Assembly: GCA_903834665.1 (NCBI GenBank)
Contig: CAILJY010000070.1
Location: 1 to 45,132, forward strand
Length of the DNA: 45,132 nt
From: an uncultured bacterium
GTDB lineage: Bacteria; Patescibacteriota; Minisyncoccia; Phycocordibacterales; UBA9973
Direction: 5' to 3'
Position numbers and translations under genes: made by a program. Of this stretch, positions 18,001 through 27,191 are shown one piece after another (position 1 is the first letter of the stretch; each line of letters begins with the position of its first letter). The notes beneath the pieces were generated by a model. The model worked only from the letters and a program-made list of their open reading frames with translations, was not told the origin of the DNA and made no database searches.

Positions 18001-18002
18001 TG

Positions 18003-18085
18003 TGCGCCGGGTAGGATTCGAACCTACGTAGGCCGAAGCCGTTTGATTTACAGTCAAATGCAATTGACCACTCTGCCACCGACGC
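18003..18085 (-). tRNA. tRNA-Tyr (anticodon GTA), class II variable arm, no encoded CCA
   Basis: Reverse complement gcgtcggtggcagagtggtcaattgcatttgactGTAaatcaaacggcttcggcctacgtaggttcgaatcctacccggcgca. Confidence 0.93.
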
Positions 18086-18102
18086 ATATTCTAACAGGAT
18101 TA

Positions 18103-18130
18103 ATTATACACATTTATTAATATTTTTCAA
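18103..18130 (-). promoter_or_regulatory. Candidate promoter of tRNA-Tyr
   Basis: On the minus strand: TTGAAA (18130-18125), 16-nt spacer, TATAAT (18108-18103), about 17 nt upstream of the tRNA 5' end. Confidence 0.5.
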
Positions 18131-18142
18131 CTTACTTTAAAT

Positions 18143-19195
18143 ATGCTAAAATACAAATATATGTCTCAACTTTATAGTAATTCGATTTTTTGGATAGATA
18201 TAGAAAAAATTAAGCCAAATCCATTTCAGCCTCGTCGTGAGTTTGATGAAGCTCGTTTGAAAGATTTAGCAGATTCAATACGCCAATATGGTGTCCTTCA
18301 GCCTCTCGTAGTATCTCGTGAAGAAATACAAAAAGAAGATGGAGTTTTAGTTGAATATGAATTAATCGCAGGGGAACGTAGGCTTCGTGCTTCTAAACTT
18401 GCCGGGATTGACCAGGTTCCAGTAATCATAAGATCAGGAGATGATAATATGGCTAAACTTGAATTAGCTATTATTGAAAATCTTCAACGTGAAGATCTCA
18501 ATGCTGTTGAGCGCGCAAGAGCTTTTATGAGATTAGTAGAAGAATTTAAATTTACTCATGGACAAGTTGGAGCAAAAGTTGGTAAAAGTCGTGAATATGT
18601 TTCAAATACTTTAAGACTTTTGGCATTACCACAAGAGATGCTCGACGCTTTATCCGCAGGGAAAATAAGTGAAGGGCATACAAGACCTATCTTAATGCTA
18701 ACAGATAGACCAGAAGAACAGTTAGTTTTATTTAAAGAAATAGTTTTTAAAAAAATGACAGTACGTGATGCAGAGAAAGCTGCTCGTAAAATTGCTTTTG
18801 ATCGTGTTCGTAAAAAAGAATATTTGATGGATCCAGAGATTGCTGAAATGGAAGAACGTTTACAAGAATCTCTTGGTACTCGTGTTCATATTGAAAAGAA
18901 AGAAAATGGAGGATACATAACCATTGATTTCTTTACTAATGATGATTTACATACAATTCTTGGACTTATTAAATCAAGTGAAGAAAAAAACCCAAATGGT
19001 ATGCTCGATAAATTTATCGCAAGTCAACCTAAAGAAGATACTACTCTAATAGTAGAGACAGGTGATGAGAATCCATTAAATGGCATAGAAGGGAAAGATG
19101 ATGATGTTATTTTAATGGAGGATAGAACAAAAGAAGAAATCAAAAAAGCCGAAGAAGAAGTTGATTTATATAATATTAAAAATTTTTCAATTTAA
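18143..19195 (+). CDS. parB: ParB/Spo0J chromosome partitioning protein with an acidic C-terminal extension
   Basis: 350 aa. ParB box GERRLRA and an HTH region. An alternative start is the Met at codon 7. No parA gene is adjacent. Confidence 0.88.
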   Translation: MLKYKYMSQLYSNSIFWIDIEKIKPNPFQPRREFDEARLKDLADSIRQYGVLQPLVVSREEIQKEDGVLVEYELIAGERRLRASKLAGIDQVPVIIRSGDDNMAKLELAIIENLQREDLNAVERARAFMRLVEEFKFTHGQVGAKVGKSREYVSNTLRLLALPQEMLDALSAGKISEGHTRPILMLTDRPEEQLVLFKEIVFKKMTVRDAEKAARKIAFDRVRKKEYLMDPEIAEMEERLQESLGTRVHIEKKENGGYITIDFFTNDDLHTILGLIKSSEEKNPNGMLDKFIASQPKEDTTLIVETGDENPLNGIEGKDDDVILMEDRTKEEIKKAEEEVDLYNIKNFSI

Positions 19196-19199
19196 AATT

Positions 19200-19230
19200 A
19201 AAACCCGCATAATTGTGGGTTTTAATTTTT
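19200..19230. terminator. Bidirectional terminator between parB and the RelA/SpoT gene
   Basis: aaaacccgca-taat-tgtgggtttt flanked by A and T runs. It overlaps the RelA/SpoT stop codon. Confidence 0.6.
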
Positions 19231-20688
19231 CCCAAAAGAAAGAAATTTTGAGAGTAAACTGTTGGATTTTAAATACACGTTTATGCGTCTACGAGCCAGA
19301 CTTGTTTTTGCATAGTCTAGCCATTTCGATGATGGTTTTGCATTTTTGTTTATTTGAACCTCAACAATATCATTAGTTTTTAATTTAGTTCCGATTGAAG
19401 AATTTTTGCCATTTATTATTGCTCCTTGAACATGATCTCCAACATCTGTATGAATAGCATAAGCAAAATCTATAACACTCGAATCCTCGGGTAGATCGAT
19501 AATATCTCCTTTTGGAGTGAAAACGAAAACTCTATCTTTAAAGAAATCCATTTTTATTGATTTTAAGAATTTTTCGGGGTTTTCTTTAATCTGATTTAAA
19601 TCATGAAGTTGGGTTACCCATTCTAATTGTTTAGGAATTGTTTTTTCTACTTTACTTCTTTCTTTATAAATAAAATGAGCGGCGATACCATTTTCAGCTT
19701 TTTCATGCATTTCATGAGTACGAATTTGAATCTCGACTATTCCTCCTGTCCCGGTAAAGATAGTTGTATGGAGACTTTGGTATCCATTTGTTTTTGGAGA
19801 AGCGATATAATCTTTTATTCGGTTGGGGACAGGAGTCCATTCTCCATGAATCAATCCAAGTACGTGATAACAATCAGCCACAGTATTGACCATTACTCGG
19901 AGAGCAATAATGTCATATATTTTACCCATATCCATATCGTATTTTTGAAGTTTTTTCCAAAGAGAATAGAGATGTTTTTGGCGGTAATCAATTATTGTAT
20001 TTTTTATTTTTGATTCTTTGATTTTTTTAATTATTTCATCTTTTACTTCAATCAAATATTTTTCCTCAACATCTTTTTTCCCTAATAATAATTTTTTAAC
20101 TTCGTTATATTCTTTTGGGTATGCAAATTTAAAAGCGGCATCTTCAAGTTTACCTTTAAGGCGTCCCATAGATAGGCGGTCAGCAAGAGGCGCATATATT
20201 TCTAATGTTTCAAGAGCAATACGTTTTTGTTTATCTGGTCTAACATGCTCTAAAGTTTCTATATTATGAAGCCTATCTGCTAGTTTGATAACTAAAACTC
20301 GTAAATCTTTTGCAATAGAAATAAAAAATTTCCTTAAATTTTCAACATTTCTTTCGACTCCTTTATATTTTACTTTTCCAAGTTTAGTAACTCCTTCAAT
20401 CAAATTAACTATTTCTTCTCCAAATTCTTTTTTTAATTCTTCTTCTGTCACTTCCGCATCTTCAAGGACGTCATGAAGTAAACCAGCGGCTATGACAGTT
20501 GGACTCATCTCAAGATCAGCTAAGTTACGAGCAGTATTGGCAACATGAGTAAAATATGGTTCACCACTTTTTCTCAACTGTCCATTGTGAGCTTTTTCCG
20601 CAAAGTTATAAGCCTTTTCTATAAGAGCTTTTTCTTTTTCTTTGATATTTGGCTTTAAAGATATTATATCTTCTATCGTCGGAGTCAT
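19222..20688 (-). CDS. RelA/SpoT-family (p)ppGpp synthetase/hydrolase, short form (HD + synthetase + TGS)
   Basis: 488 aa. HD motif LLHDVLED, synthetase region ...GYQSLHTT..., and TGS region VFVFTPKGDIIDLPEDSSVIDFAYAIHTDVG. No C-terminal ACT region. Confidence 0.88.
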   Translation of the reverse strand: MTPTIEDIISLKPNIKEKEKALIEKAYNFAEKAHNGQLRKSGEPYFTHVANTARNLADLEMSPTVIAAGLLHDVLEDAEVTEEELKKEFGEEIVNLIEGVTKLGKVKYKGVERNVENLRKFFISIAKDLRVLVIKLADRLHNIETLEHVRPDKQKRIALETLEIYAPLADRLSMGRLKGKLEDAAFKFAYPKEYNEVKKLLLGKKDVEEKYLIEVKDEIIKKIKESKIKNTIIDYRQKHLYSLWKKLQKYDMDMGKIYDIIALRVMVNTVADCYHVLGLIHGEWTPVPNRIKDYIASPKTNGYQSLHTTIFTGTGGIVEIQIRTHEMHEKAENGIAAHFIYKERSKVEKTIPKQLEWVTQLHDLNQIKENPEKFLKSIKMDFFKDRVFVFTPKGDIIDLPEDSSVIDFAYAIHTDVGDHVQGAIINGKNSSIGTKLKTNDIVEVQINKNAKPSSKWLDYAKTSLARRRINVYLKSNSLLSKFLSFGKN

Positions 20689-20724
20689 AAGAATATTATA
20701 ACCGTATTGATATAATTTGGAAAG

Positions 20725-22962
20725 TTATTTATTGTTTTTAATATTATCTCCATGTTTATGGGGGTTGTGGTTTTTACACATTTTGTTTGAACATCTTTCT
20801 GGTATTGTTTTTGTTCCTTCCATCATTAGTGAATCACACAAGTCACAATTATTGCCAGTTGGTTTTGCTTTTATCGCATTTTTGCAATCTGGATAATTTG
20901 AACATGAATAAAATATTCCAAAACGGCCTCTACGTTCCATCATTTTGCCTTTACGACAAACAGGGCAATCAACTTCAGTCATTTTCTTTTTTAATTCTTC
21001 CTCATCTTGTTTTATAAATTTACATTTTGGATAACGTGAACAAGATATAAATAATCCAAATTTTCCTTCTCTTGTTACTAATTTTCCTCCACCTGATTTA
21101 CCTTTTTTATCTCCGCAAGTAGGGCATATTTCACCTGTTTCTTTTGGGCCTTCAAGTACATTACCTTCTATAGTACGAGCTCCACTGCAATCTGGATAAT
21201 TTGAACATGAATAAAATTTACCAGATCGGGATAATTTTATGATCATATTTTTATTACATTTTGGACAAAGTATGTCTACTGGAGCTTCTCCCATATTTGT
21301 GGCTTTAGCTAATTTGTCTTTTTCTTTTATTTCTTTTTGAAAAGGAGTATAGAAATCTTTTAGTGTTTTAGTATAATCTCTTTTTCCGTTTGATATTTCA
21401 TCAAGTTCATCTTCCATCTCAGCCGTGAAAGTATCACTGATATAATTTGCAAAATTGTTTTCAAGAAAAGAGGAGACTACATCACCAGTATCGGTAGGGA
21501 ATAAAGTTTTACCTTCTTTCCCCACATAACCTCTGTCTTCGATTGTTTTCATAATAGAAGCATAAGTAGAAGGTCTACCTATACCTCGAGATTCCAATTC
21601 TTTTATTAATCCAGCTTCAGAGTAACGATTGGGTGGTTCAGTAAATTTTTCAGTAATTGTTATTTCTATTAATTTTAATTCTTCTCCTTTTTTTATATTT
21701 GGCAATTCAGTGTCTTCTCCACGAGCCCCCGTATCACAGATAAGCCATCCAAGGAATTGGACTTGTGATCCATTGGCAGTAAAGTCTGGGATTTTTTTAC
21801 TTTCTATATTGGCAATAATTTTAGTTTTTAATAGTTTTGCATCAGACATTTGAGAAGAAACTGTCCTTTCCCAAATTAGACGGTAAAGCTTTTTTTGATC
21901 CTCACTTATTCCTGCACTTATCTGTTCTATGTGAGTTGGTCTGATGGCCTCATGTGCTTCTTGAGCATTTTTGGATTTTGTTTTGTAAAAATGTATTTCG
22001 GCATATTCTTTTCCGTATTTTTTTTCTACTAATGAGATGATTTGATTTTGGGCTTGGATAGACAGATTTGTACTATCTGTACGCATGTATGTAATAAATC
22101 CAGATTCATATAACTTTTGAGCTGCTTGCATTGTTCTTGAAGGAGAAAAACCTAAACGAGTACTCGCGGTTTGTTGAAGAGTGGAAGTTGTGAAAGGAGC
22201 ACGAGGAGATCTTTTCTGTTCGTTGGTTTTTACATCAATAACCATCCATTTTTCTTTTTTGCCCAGCTCTAAAATATTTTCTACTATTTTTTGTTCACGT
22301 GATTCTTCACTACAAGATAAAGTTAATTTATTTTTATTTTCAGTATCAAATAATCCTTCAAGAGTCCAATATTTTTCAGGAACAAAAGCTCTTATTTCTC
22401 TTTCTCTTTCCATTATTATACGAAGAGCAGGAGATTGGACACGTCCGGCCGAGAGCCCGTAACGTACTTTTTTCCAAATTATTCCAGATAAATCATATCC
22501 AACAAGACGATCAAGTACTCGTCTCGCTTCTTGAGCTTTGACTAAATTCTCATCAATATCACGGGGTTTAGAAAGAGCCTCTTCTACTGCTTCTTTGGTG
22601 ATTTCATGAAATGTCACACGTTTAATAGGGGATTTTATTTTTGGGTCTTCATCAAGTAACGTTTTTAAATGCCATGAGATAGCTTCTCCTTCACGATCTG
22701 GGTCGGTAGCAAGCATGATTTCGTTGGCACGTTCACCTAAAGATTTTAATTCAGAAACTATTTTTTCTTTCCCTTTTGAAATCTCATATCGTGGGATAAA
22801 TCCACCTTCTATATCGATTGCATCTTTGTTTGATTTTGGTAAATCTCTTATATGCCCAACTGAAGCACGAACAGTCCATCTATCTAATCCAGTTTTATCT
22901 GTTGATAAATATTTTTCTATCGTCTTTGCTTTTGAAGGTGATTCAACAATTAAAAGTTTCAT
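20725..22962 (-). CDS. topA: DNA topoisomerase I with four C-terminal zinc ribbons
   Basis: 745 aa. Toprim start MKLLIVESPSKAKTIEKYL, followed by repeated CxxC...CxxC modules. Confidence 0.92.
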   Translation of the reverse strand: MKLLIVESPSKAKTIEKYLSTDKTGLDRWTVRASVGHIRDLPKSNKDAIDIEGGFIPRYEISKGKEKIVSELKSLGERANEIMLATDPDREGEAISWHLKTLLDEDPKIKSPIKRVTFHEITKEAVEEALSKPRDIDENLVKAQEARRVLDRLVGYDLSGIIWKKVRYGLSAGRVQSPALRIIMEREREIRAFVPEKYWTLEGLFDTENKNKLTLSCSEESREQKIVENILELGKKEKWMVIDVKTNEQKRSPRAPFTTSTLQQTASTRLGFSPSRTMQAAQKLYESGFITYMRTDSTNLSIQAQNQIISLVEKKYGKEYAEIHFYKTKSKNAQEAHEAIRPTHIEQISAGISEDQKKLYRLIWERTVSSQMSDAKLLKTKIIANIESKKIPDFTANGSQVQFLGWLICDTGARGEDTELPNIKKGEELKLIEITITEKFTEPPNRYSEAGLIKELESRGIGRPSTYASIMKTIEDRGYVGKEGKTLFPTDTGDVVSSFLENNFANYISDTFTAEMEDELDEISNGKRDYTKTLKDFYTPFQKEIKEKDKLAKATNMGEAPVDILCPKCNKNMIIKLSRSGKFYSCSNYPDCSGARTIEGNVLEGPKETGEICPTCGDKKGKSGGGKLVTREGKFGLFISCSRYPKCKFIKQDEEELKKKMTEVDCPVCRKGKMMERRGRFGIFYSCSNYPDCKNAIKAKPTGNNCDLCDSLMMEGTKTIPERCSNKMCKNHNPHKHGDNIKNNK

Positions 22963-23036
22963 ATTTTATAATTATTACATCAAATTATATTTTTTAGCAA
23001 ATTTTATTTTTTCTTTTTTTGTGTTAATCTTTAAAT

Positions 23037-24872
23037 ATGTGTGGAATTGTAGGATACATTGGAAATAAAAAGTCTTCACCAATCTTAATAAAAGGATTGA
23101 AGTATTTAGAATACCGTGGGTACGATAGTGCTGGTATTGCAGTTCTTGATAAAGGTCAGATTCAAACTTATAAAAAGAAAGGGAAAGTATCTTTATTGGA
23201 GTCTTTTATTAAAAATAAAAAAATAGAAGGGAATATAGGGATAGCCCATACTAGATGGGCAACTCATGGTGAGCCTTCAGATAAGAATTCGCACCCGCAT
23301 CTTTCAAATTCTGGAGAGATTGCAATTGTTCATAATGGAATAATAGAAAATTATCAATCAATAAAAAAAATTTTAGAAAGTAAGGGTTATATTTTTAAAT
23401 CAGAAACTGATACGGAGGTATTAATTAATTTGATTGAAGATGTTCAAAAAAATACTAAAACCAATATTGCGGAAGCGGTACGTTTGGCTCTTGCGAAAGT
23501 TGTAGGTGCTTATGCGGTGGTGATTATGTCACAAAATGAAGATACTCTCATTGTTGCCAAAAATGGCAGCCCTGTTGTATTGGGTGTTGGTGATGGTGAA
23601 TATTTTATTGCTTCTGATGCGACTCCTCTTATTGAACATACAAATAAAGTTATTTATTTAAATGACGGAGAGATGGCCATCATAAAGAAAGATAAGTTAA
23701 TTGTTAAAACAATTAAAAATGTAATAAAAATTCCTTATATTAAAAAATTGGATATCAAATTAGAAGAATTAGAGAAAGAAGGATTTTCTCATTTTATGTT
23801 GAAAGAAATTTATGAACAGCCACGTTCTATAAGAGACAGTATAAGAGGAAGAGTAAATTTAAAAAATGGAGAAATAAAACTTGCTGGATTTGAAGAAATT
23901 TTAGATAAATTTAAAAACGCCAAGAGGATAATAATACTTGCTTGTGGGACTAGTTGGCACGCAGGTCTTGAAGCGAAGTATTTTTTTGAAGAGTTCGCTC
24001 AAATTCCCGTTTCCGTTGAGTATGCTTCAGAATTTAGATACAGAAATCCAGTCATATATAAAGACGATGTGGTCATAGCTATTTCTCAATCAGGAGAGAC
24101 TGCGGATACTCTTGCTGCTATTAAATTAGCCAAAGAAAAAGGTGCTACTATTTTTGGGGTATGTAATGTTGTTGGTTCTTCAATTCCACGTCACACAGAC
24201 GCAGGGTCATATACTCACGCAGGGACAGAGATTGGGGTTGCATCTACTAAAGCTTTCACTGCCCAATTAACTGTTTTAATGTTGATCTGTCTTAGACTGG
24301 CTTTATTGAAAAAATGTATTTCTAAAAATAAAGTAAAAAAGATATTAGAAGAGCTTGATTCGATTCCTCATTTAGTTGAAAAAGCTTTAAAAGAAAAAGA
24401 TAAGATAAATATAATTGCCAAAAAATTTAAAAATGCTAAAAATTTTATTTACCTAGGAAGAGGATATGGCTTTCCTCTTGCTCTTGAAGGAGCATTAAAA
24501 CTTAAAGAAATTTCTTATATTCATGCAGAAGGGTATCCTGCGGCAGAAATGAAACATGGTCCAATTGCTTTGATAGACGAAAATATGCCAGTAGTATTTA
24601 TTGCTAATAAAGGTCCATCTTATGAAAAAGTTATTAGTAATATGATGGAGGTTAAAGCTCGAAAAGGAATAATTATTGCAATAGTTACAAAAGGAGATAA
24701 AGACGCTAAAAAGATTGCTGATTATTCAATCGAAATTCCTGAAACAAATGAAATCATGATGCCTTTTGTGGCATCTGTTCCACTTCAAATGCTTGCTTAT
24801 TATATTGCGGTTCTTCGTGGTTGTGATGTAGATAAACCTAGAAATTTAGCTAAATCTGTAACCGTTGAATAA
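23037..24872 (+). CDS. glmS: Glutamine--fructose-6-phosphate aminotransferase
   Basis: 611 aa. N-terminal MCGIVGY, two SIS domains, C-terminal ...AKSVTVE. Confidence 0.95.
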   Translation: MCGIVGYIGNKKSSPILIKGLKYLEYRGYDSAGIAVLDKGQIQTYKKKGKVSLLESFIKNKKIEGNIGIAHTRWATHGEPSDKNSHPHLSNSGEIAIVHNGIIENYQSIKKILESKGYIFKSETDTEVLINLIEDVQKNTKTNIAEAVRLALAKVVGAYAVVIMSQNEDTLIVAKNGSPVVLGVGDGEYFIASDATPLIEHTNKVIYLNDGEMAIIKKDKLIVKTIKNVIKIPYIKKLDIKLEELEKEGFSHFMLKEIYEQPRSIRDSIRGRVNLKNGEIKLAGFEEILDKFKNAKRIIILACGTSWHAGLEAKYFFEEFAQIPVSVEYASEFRYRNPVIYKDDVVIAISQSGETADTLAAIKLAKEKGATIFGVCNVVGSSIPRHTDAGSYTHAGTEIGVASTKAFTAQLTVLMLICLRLALLKKCISKNKVKKILEELDSIPHLVEKALKEKDKINIIAKKFKNAKNFIYLGRGYGFPLALEGALKLKEISYIHAEGYPAAEMKHGPIALIDENMPVVFIANKGPSYEKVISNMMEVKARKGIIIAIVTKGDKDAKKIADYSIEIPETNEIMMPFVASVPLQMLAYYIAVLRGCDVDKPRNLAKSVTVE

Positions 24873-24875
24873 TAC

Positions 24876-24900
24876 AATCGTGAGGCAAGACCTCACGATT
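24876..24900. terminator. Bidirectional terminator between glmS and dprA
   Basis: aatcgtgagg-caaga-cctcacgatt. Confidence 0.6.
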
Positions 24901-24909
24901 ATATAAATT

Positions 24910-25773
24910 TTATATTTTTCTAATTTCTCCTAATTCTTCTTTTATTAAATCCTTGATTTCCATTATGGAAAGGAGAGCGTTAGCTTCTGATGTTGGCATT
25001 CCAGAAATTCTAATAAGCTCATCACGTTCAATTGGTTCACGAAGTAAATTTATTATTTTTAATTCTTCTTTTGAACAATCAATGTATTTTTCTTCTTCAG
25101 ATAATATTTTTCTTTCTATTTCAAATCCAAGGGCTTCTAAAATATCATTACTACTAGTTATTGGAGTTGCTCCTTGTTTTATCAGCCAGTTAGTCCCATT
25201 TGAATTTGATGAAAAAGCTGATCCTGGAACAGCCAAAATATCACGATTATAATCAAGAGCCATACGGGCAGTGATCAAAGTCCCTGATTTTTCTTCAGCT
25301 TCTATTATAAGTACAGCTTTTGAAATTCCCGCCATAAGACGATTCCTTTGAGGGAAAGAATAAAGTTGTGATATTGCATTTGGTAAAAATTCTGAAATTA
25401 AACACCCCCCATTATCAACAATTTCTTGAGCAAGTTTTATATTCATTCTAGGATACAAGACACTATTATCAAGTCCTGATCCAGGAAATGAAATTGTAAT
25501 AAGACCATTATCCAGTGCTGCTCTATGAGCAATACTATCTATCCCCATAGCAAGTCCGGAAACTATTACTATTGGATAACCTTTTAATCCATGAATTAAT
25601 TTTTCACAGATATCTTTTCCATAAGAAGTATATTTACGAGATCCAACTACTGCTAAATATATTAGGTTTGGACTAGGAAGTTTGCCTCTTATATATAGAG
25701 TCTTGGGAGGTTGAGGAATTTCGAGTAAGGGTTTAGGAAATTGATCTAATTTTAATTTATAGATATCTTCCAT
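24910..25773 (-). CDS. dprA: DNA-processing protein DprA
   Basis: 287 aa with a Rossmann-like DprA core (VSGLAMGIDSIAHRAAL). Confidence 0.85.
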   Translation of the reverse strand: MEDIYKLKLDQFPKPLLEIPQPPKTLYIRGKLPSPNLIYLAVVGSRKYTSYGKDICEKLIHGLKGYPIVIVSGLAMGIDSIAHRAALDNGLITISFPGSGLDNSVLYPRMNIKLAQEIVDNGGCLISEFLPNAISQLYSFPQRNRLMAGISKAVLIIEAEEKSGTLITARMALDYNRDILAVPGSAFSSNSNGTNWLIKQGATPITSSNDILEALGFEIERKILSEEEKYIDCSKEELKIINLLREPIERDELIRISGMPTSEANALLSIMEIKDLIKEELGEIRKI

Positions 25774-25876
25774 ATGATTTTATGTAACCTTGCTTTAATT
25801 TGTATATTATATCATTTTTTACTCGCCCTGTATCAAATTTTGAAAAATTTTTGCTTCGAGGTATACTATAAACATT

Positions 25877-27184
25877 ATGTTAGATATTAAATTTATTCGT
25901 GAAAATAAAGAGGTGGTCAAAGAAGGGGCCAAGAAAAAACACATTGAAGTTGATATTGATAATTTACTTTCTATCGATGAAAAAAGATTAGAGATTCTTT
26001 CACGTGTTGAATTTTTAAGAGGAGAACAAAATAAAGTTAGTATTTCAATGGGCCAAAAAATAGAAGATTCTTTACGCCTCCAGCTTATTGAAGAGATGCG
26101 TTTAGTCAAAGATGAGTTAAAAGAAAAAGAAGAAGAACTGCGTAACGCTATTATAGAGTGGCAAGGTTTAATGTTAAAAATACCAAATATACCATCAGTT
26201 GATACTCCAATTGGTCCTGACGACTCTGCAAATGTTGTTATTCGTCAATGGGGTGAAAAACCAGAATTTTCTTTTAATCCAAAAGAACATAGTGAACTAG
26301 GTAAAGCTTTGGGGATTATAGATACTGAGACAGCAGGAGAAGTGGCTTCTTCCCGTTTTGCTTATTTAAAAGGGGATTTAGTTTTATTACAATTTGCTTT
26401 AATTCAGATGTGTTTGGAAATTTTAACAAATGAGGAAACACTAAAACAAATAGCAGAAAAATCAAATATTTCTATAAATGTTTCAAAATTTATACCAGTT
26501 GTTCCTCCTGTTTTTGTTAGACCATTGGTACAAGTTAAAATGGCAAGATATATGACTCCTGAAGAACATTATATTTTTCCTAATGACGATCTGATGCTTA
26601 TTGGAAGTGCTGAACATACTCTTGGTTCTATGCATATGGATAAAATTTTTGATGAGAAAGATCTTCCTATTAGATATGCTGGTTATTCAACTGCCTTTAG
26701 AAGAGAAGCTGGTGCTGCGGGGAAAGATACTAGTGGTATTTTACGCCAGCATCAATTTGATAAATTAGAGATGGAAGTTTTTTCCCTCCCTGAAAATTCC
26801 ATGCAAGAACAAAATTTTCTTGTGGCTATTCAAGAATATGTTTTACAAACTTTGAAATTACCATATCAAGTAGTTTCAGTTTGTACCGGAGATATGGGTT
26901 TCCCCGATACTAGACAGATAGATATTGAGACATGGATGCCAGGGCAAAATAAATATAGAGAAACTCATAGTTCAGATTCAACTGGTGGATTCCAAGCTCG
27001 TAGGTTGAATACTAGAGTTAGAAGAATTGATGGCAAGATAGAACCTGTTCATATGAATGATGCTACTGTCGTAGCAATAGGAAGAATGTTAATAGCAATT
27101 ATGGAAAACTATCAACAAGAAGATGGTACTATAAAAATTCCTGAAGTTTTGCAAAAATATTTAGGTAAAGATATTATTTCGTAA
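25877..27184 (+). CDS. serS: Seryl-tRNA synthetase
   Basis: 435 aa with an N-terminal coiled-coil arm and class II aaRS motifs (FRREAGAAGKDTSGILRQHQF). Confidence 0.93.
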   Translation: MLDIKFIRENKEVVKEGAKKKHIEVDIDNLLSIDEKRLEILSRVEFLRGEQNKVSISMGQKIEDSLRLQLIEEMRLVKDELKEKEEELRNAIIEWQGLMLKIPNIPSVDTPIGPDDSANVVIRQWGEKPEFSFNPKEHSELGKALGIIDTETAGEVASSRFAYLKGDLVLLQFALIQMCLEILTNEETLKQIAEKSNISINVSKFIPVVPPVFVRPLVQVKMARYMTPEEHYIFPNDDLMLIGSAEHTLGSMHMDKIFDEKDLPIRYAGYSTAFRREAGAAGKDTSGILRQHQFDKLEMEVFSLPENSMQEQNFLVAIQEYVLQTLKLPYQVVSVCTGDMGFPDTRQIDIETWMPGQNKYRETHSSDSTGGFQARRLNTRVRRIDGKIEPVHMNDATVVAIGRMLIAIMENYQQEDGTIKIPEVLQKYLGKDIIS

Positions 27185-27191
27185 ATAGAAT

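Noticed and set aside
17720-18079. 119-aa minus-strand ORF (MAEWSIAFDCKSNGFGLRRFESYPAHN...) from the ORF track
   Set aside because: It starts inside the tRNA-Tyr gene and runs through the palindromic terminator and the 137-nt repeats. It is an artefact of the unusually GC-richer structured DNA. The same applies to 17700-17888 and 17899-18120 on the plus strand.
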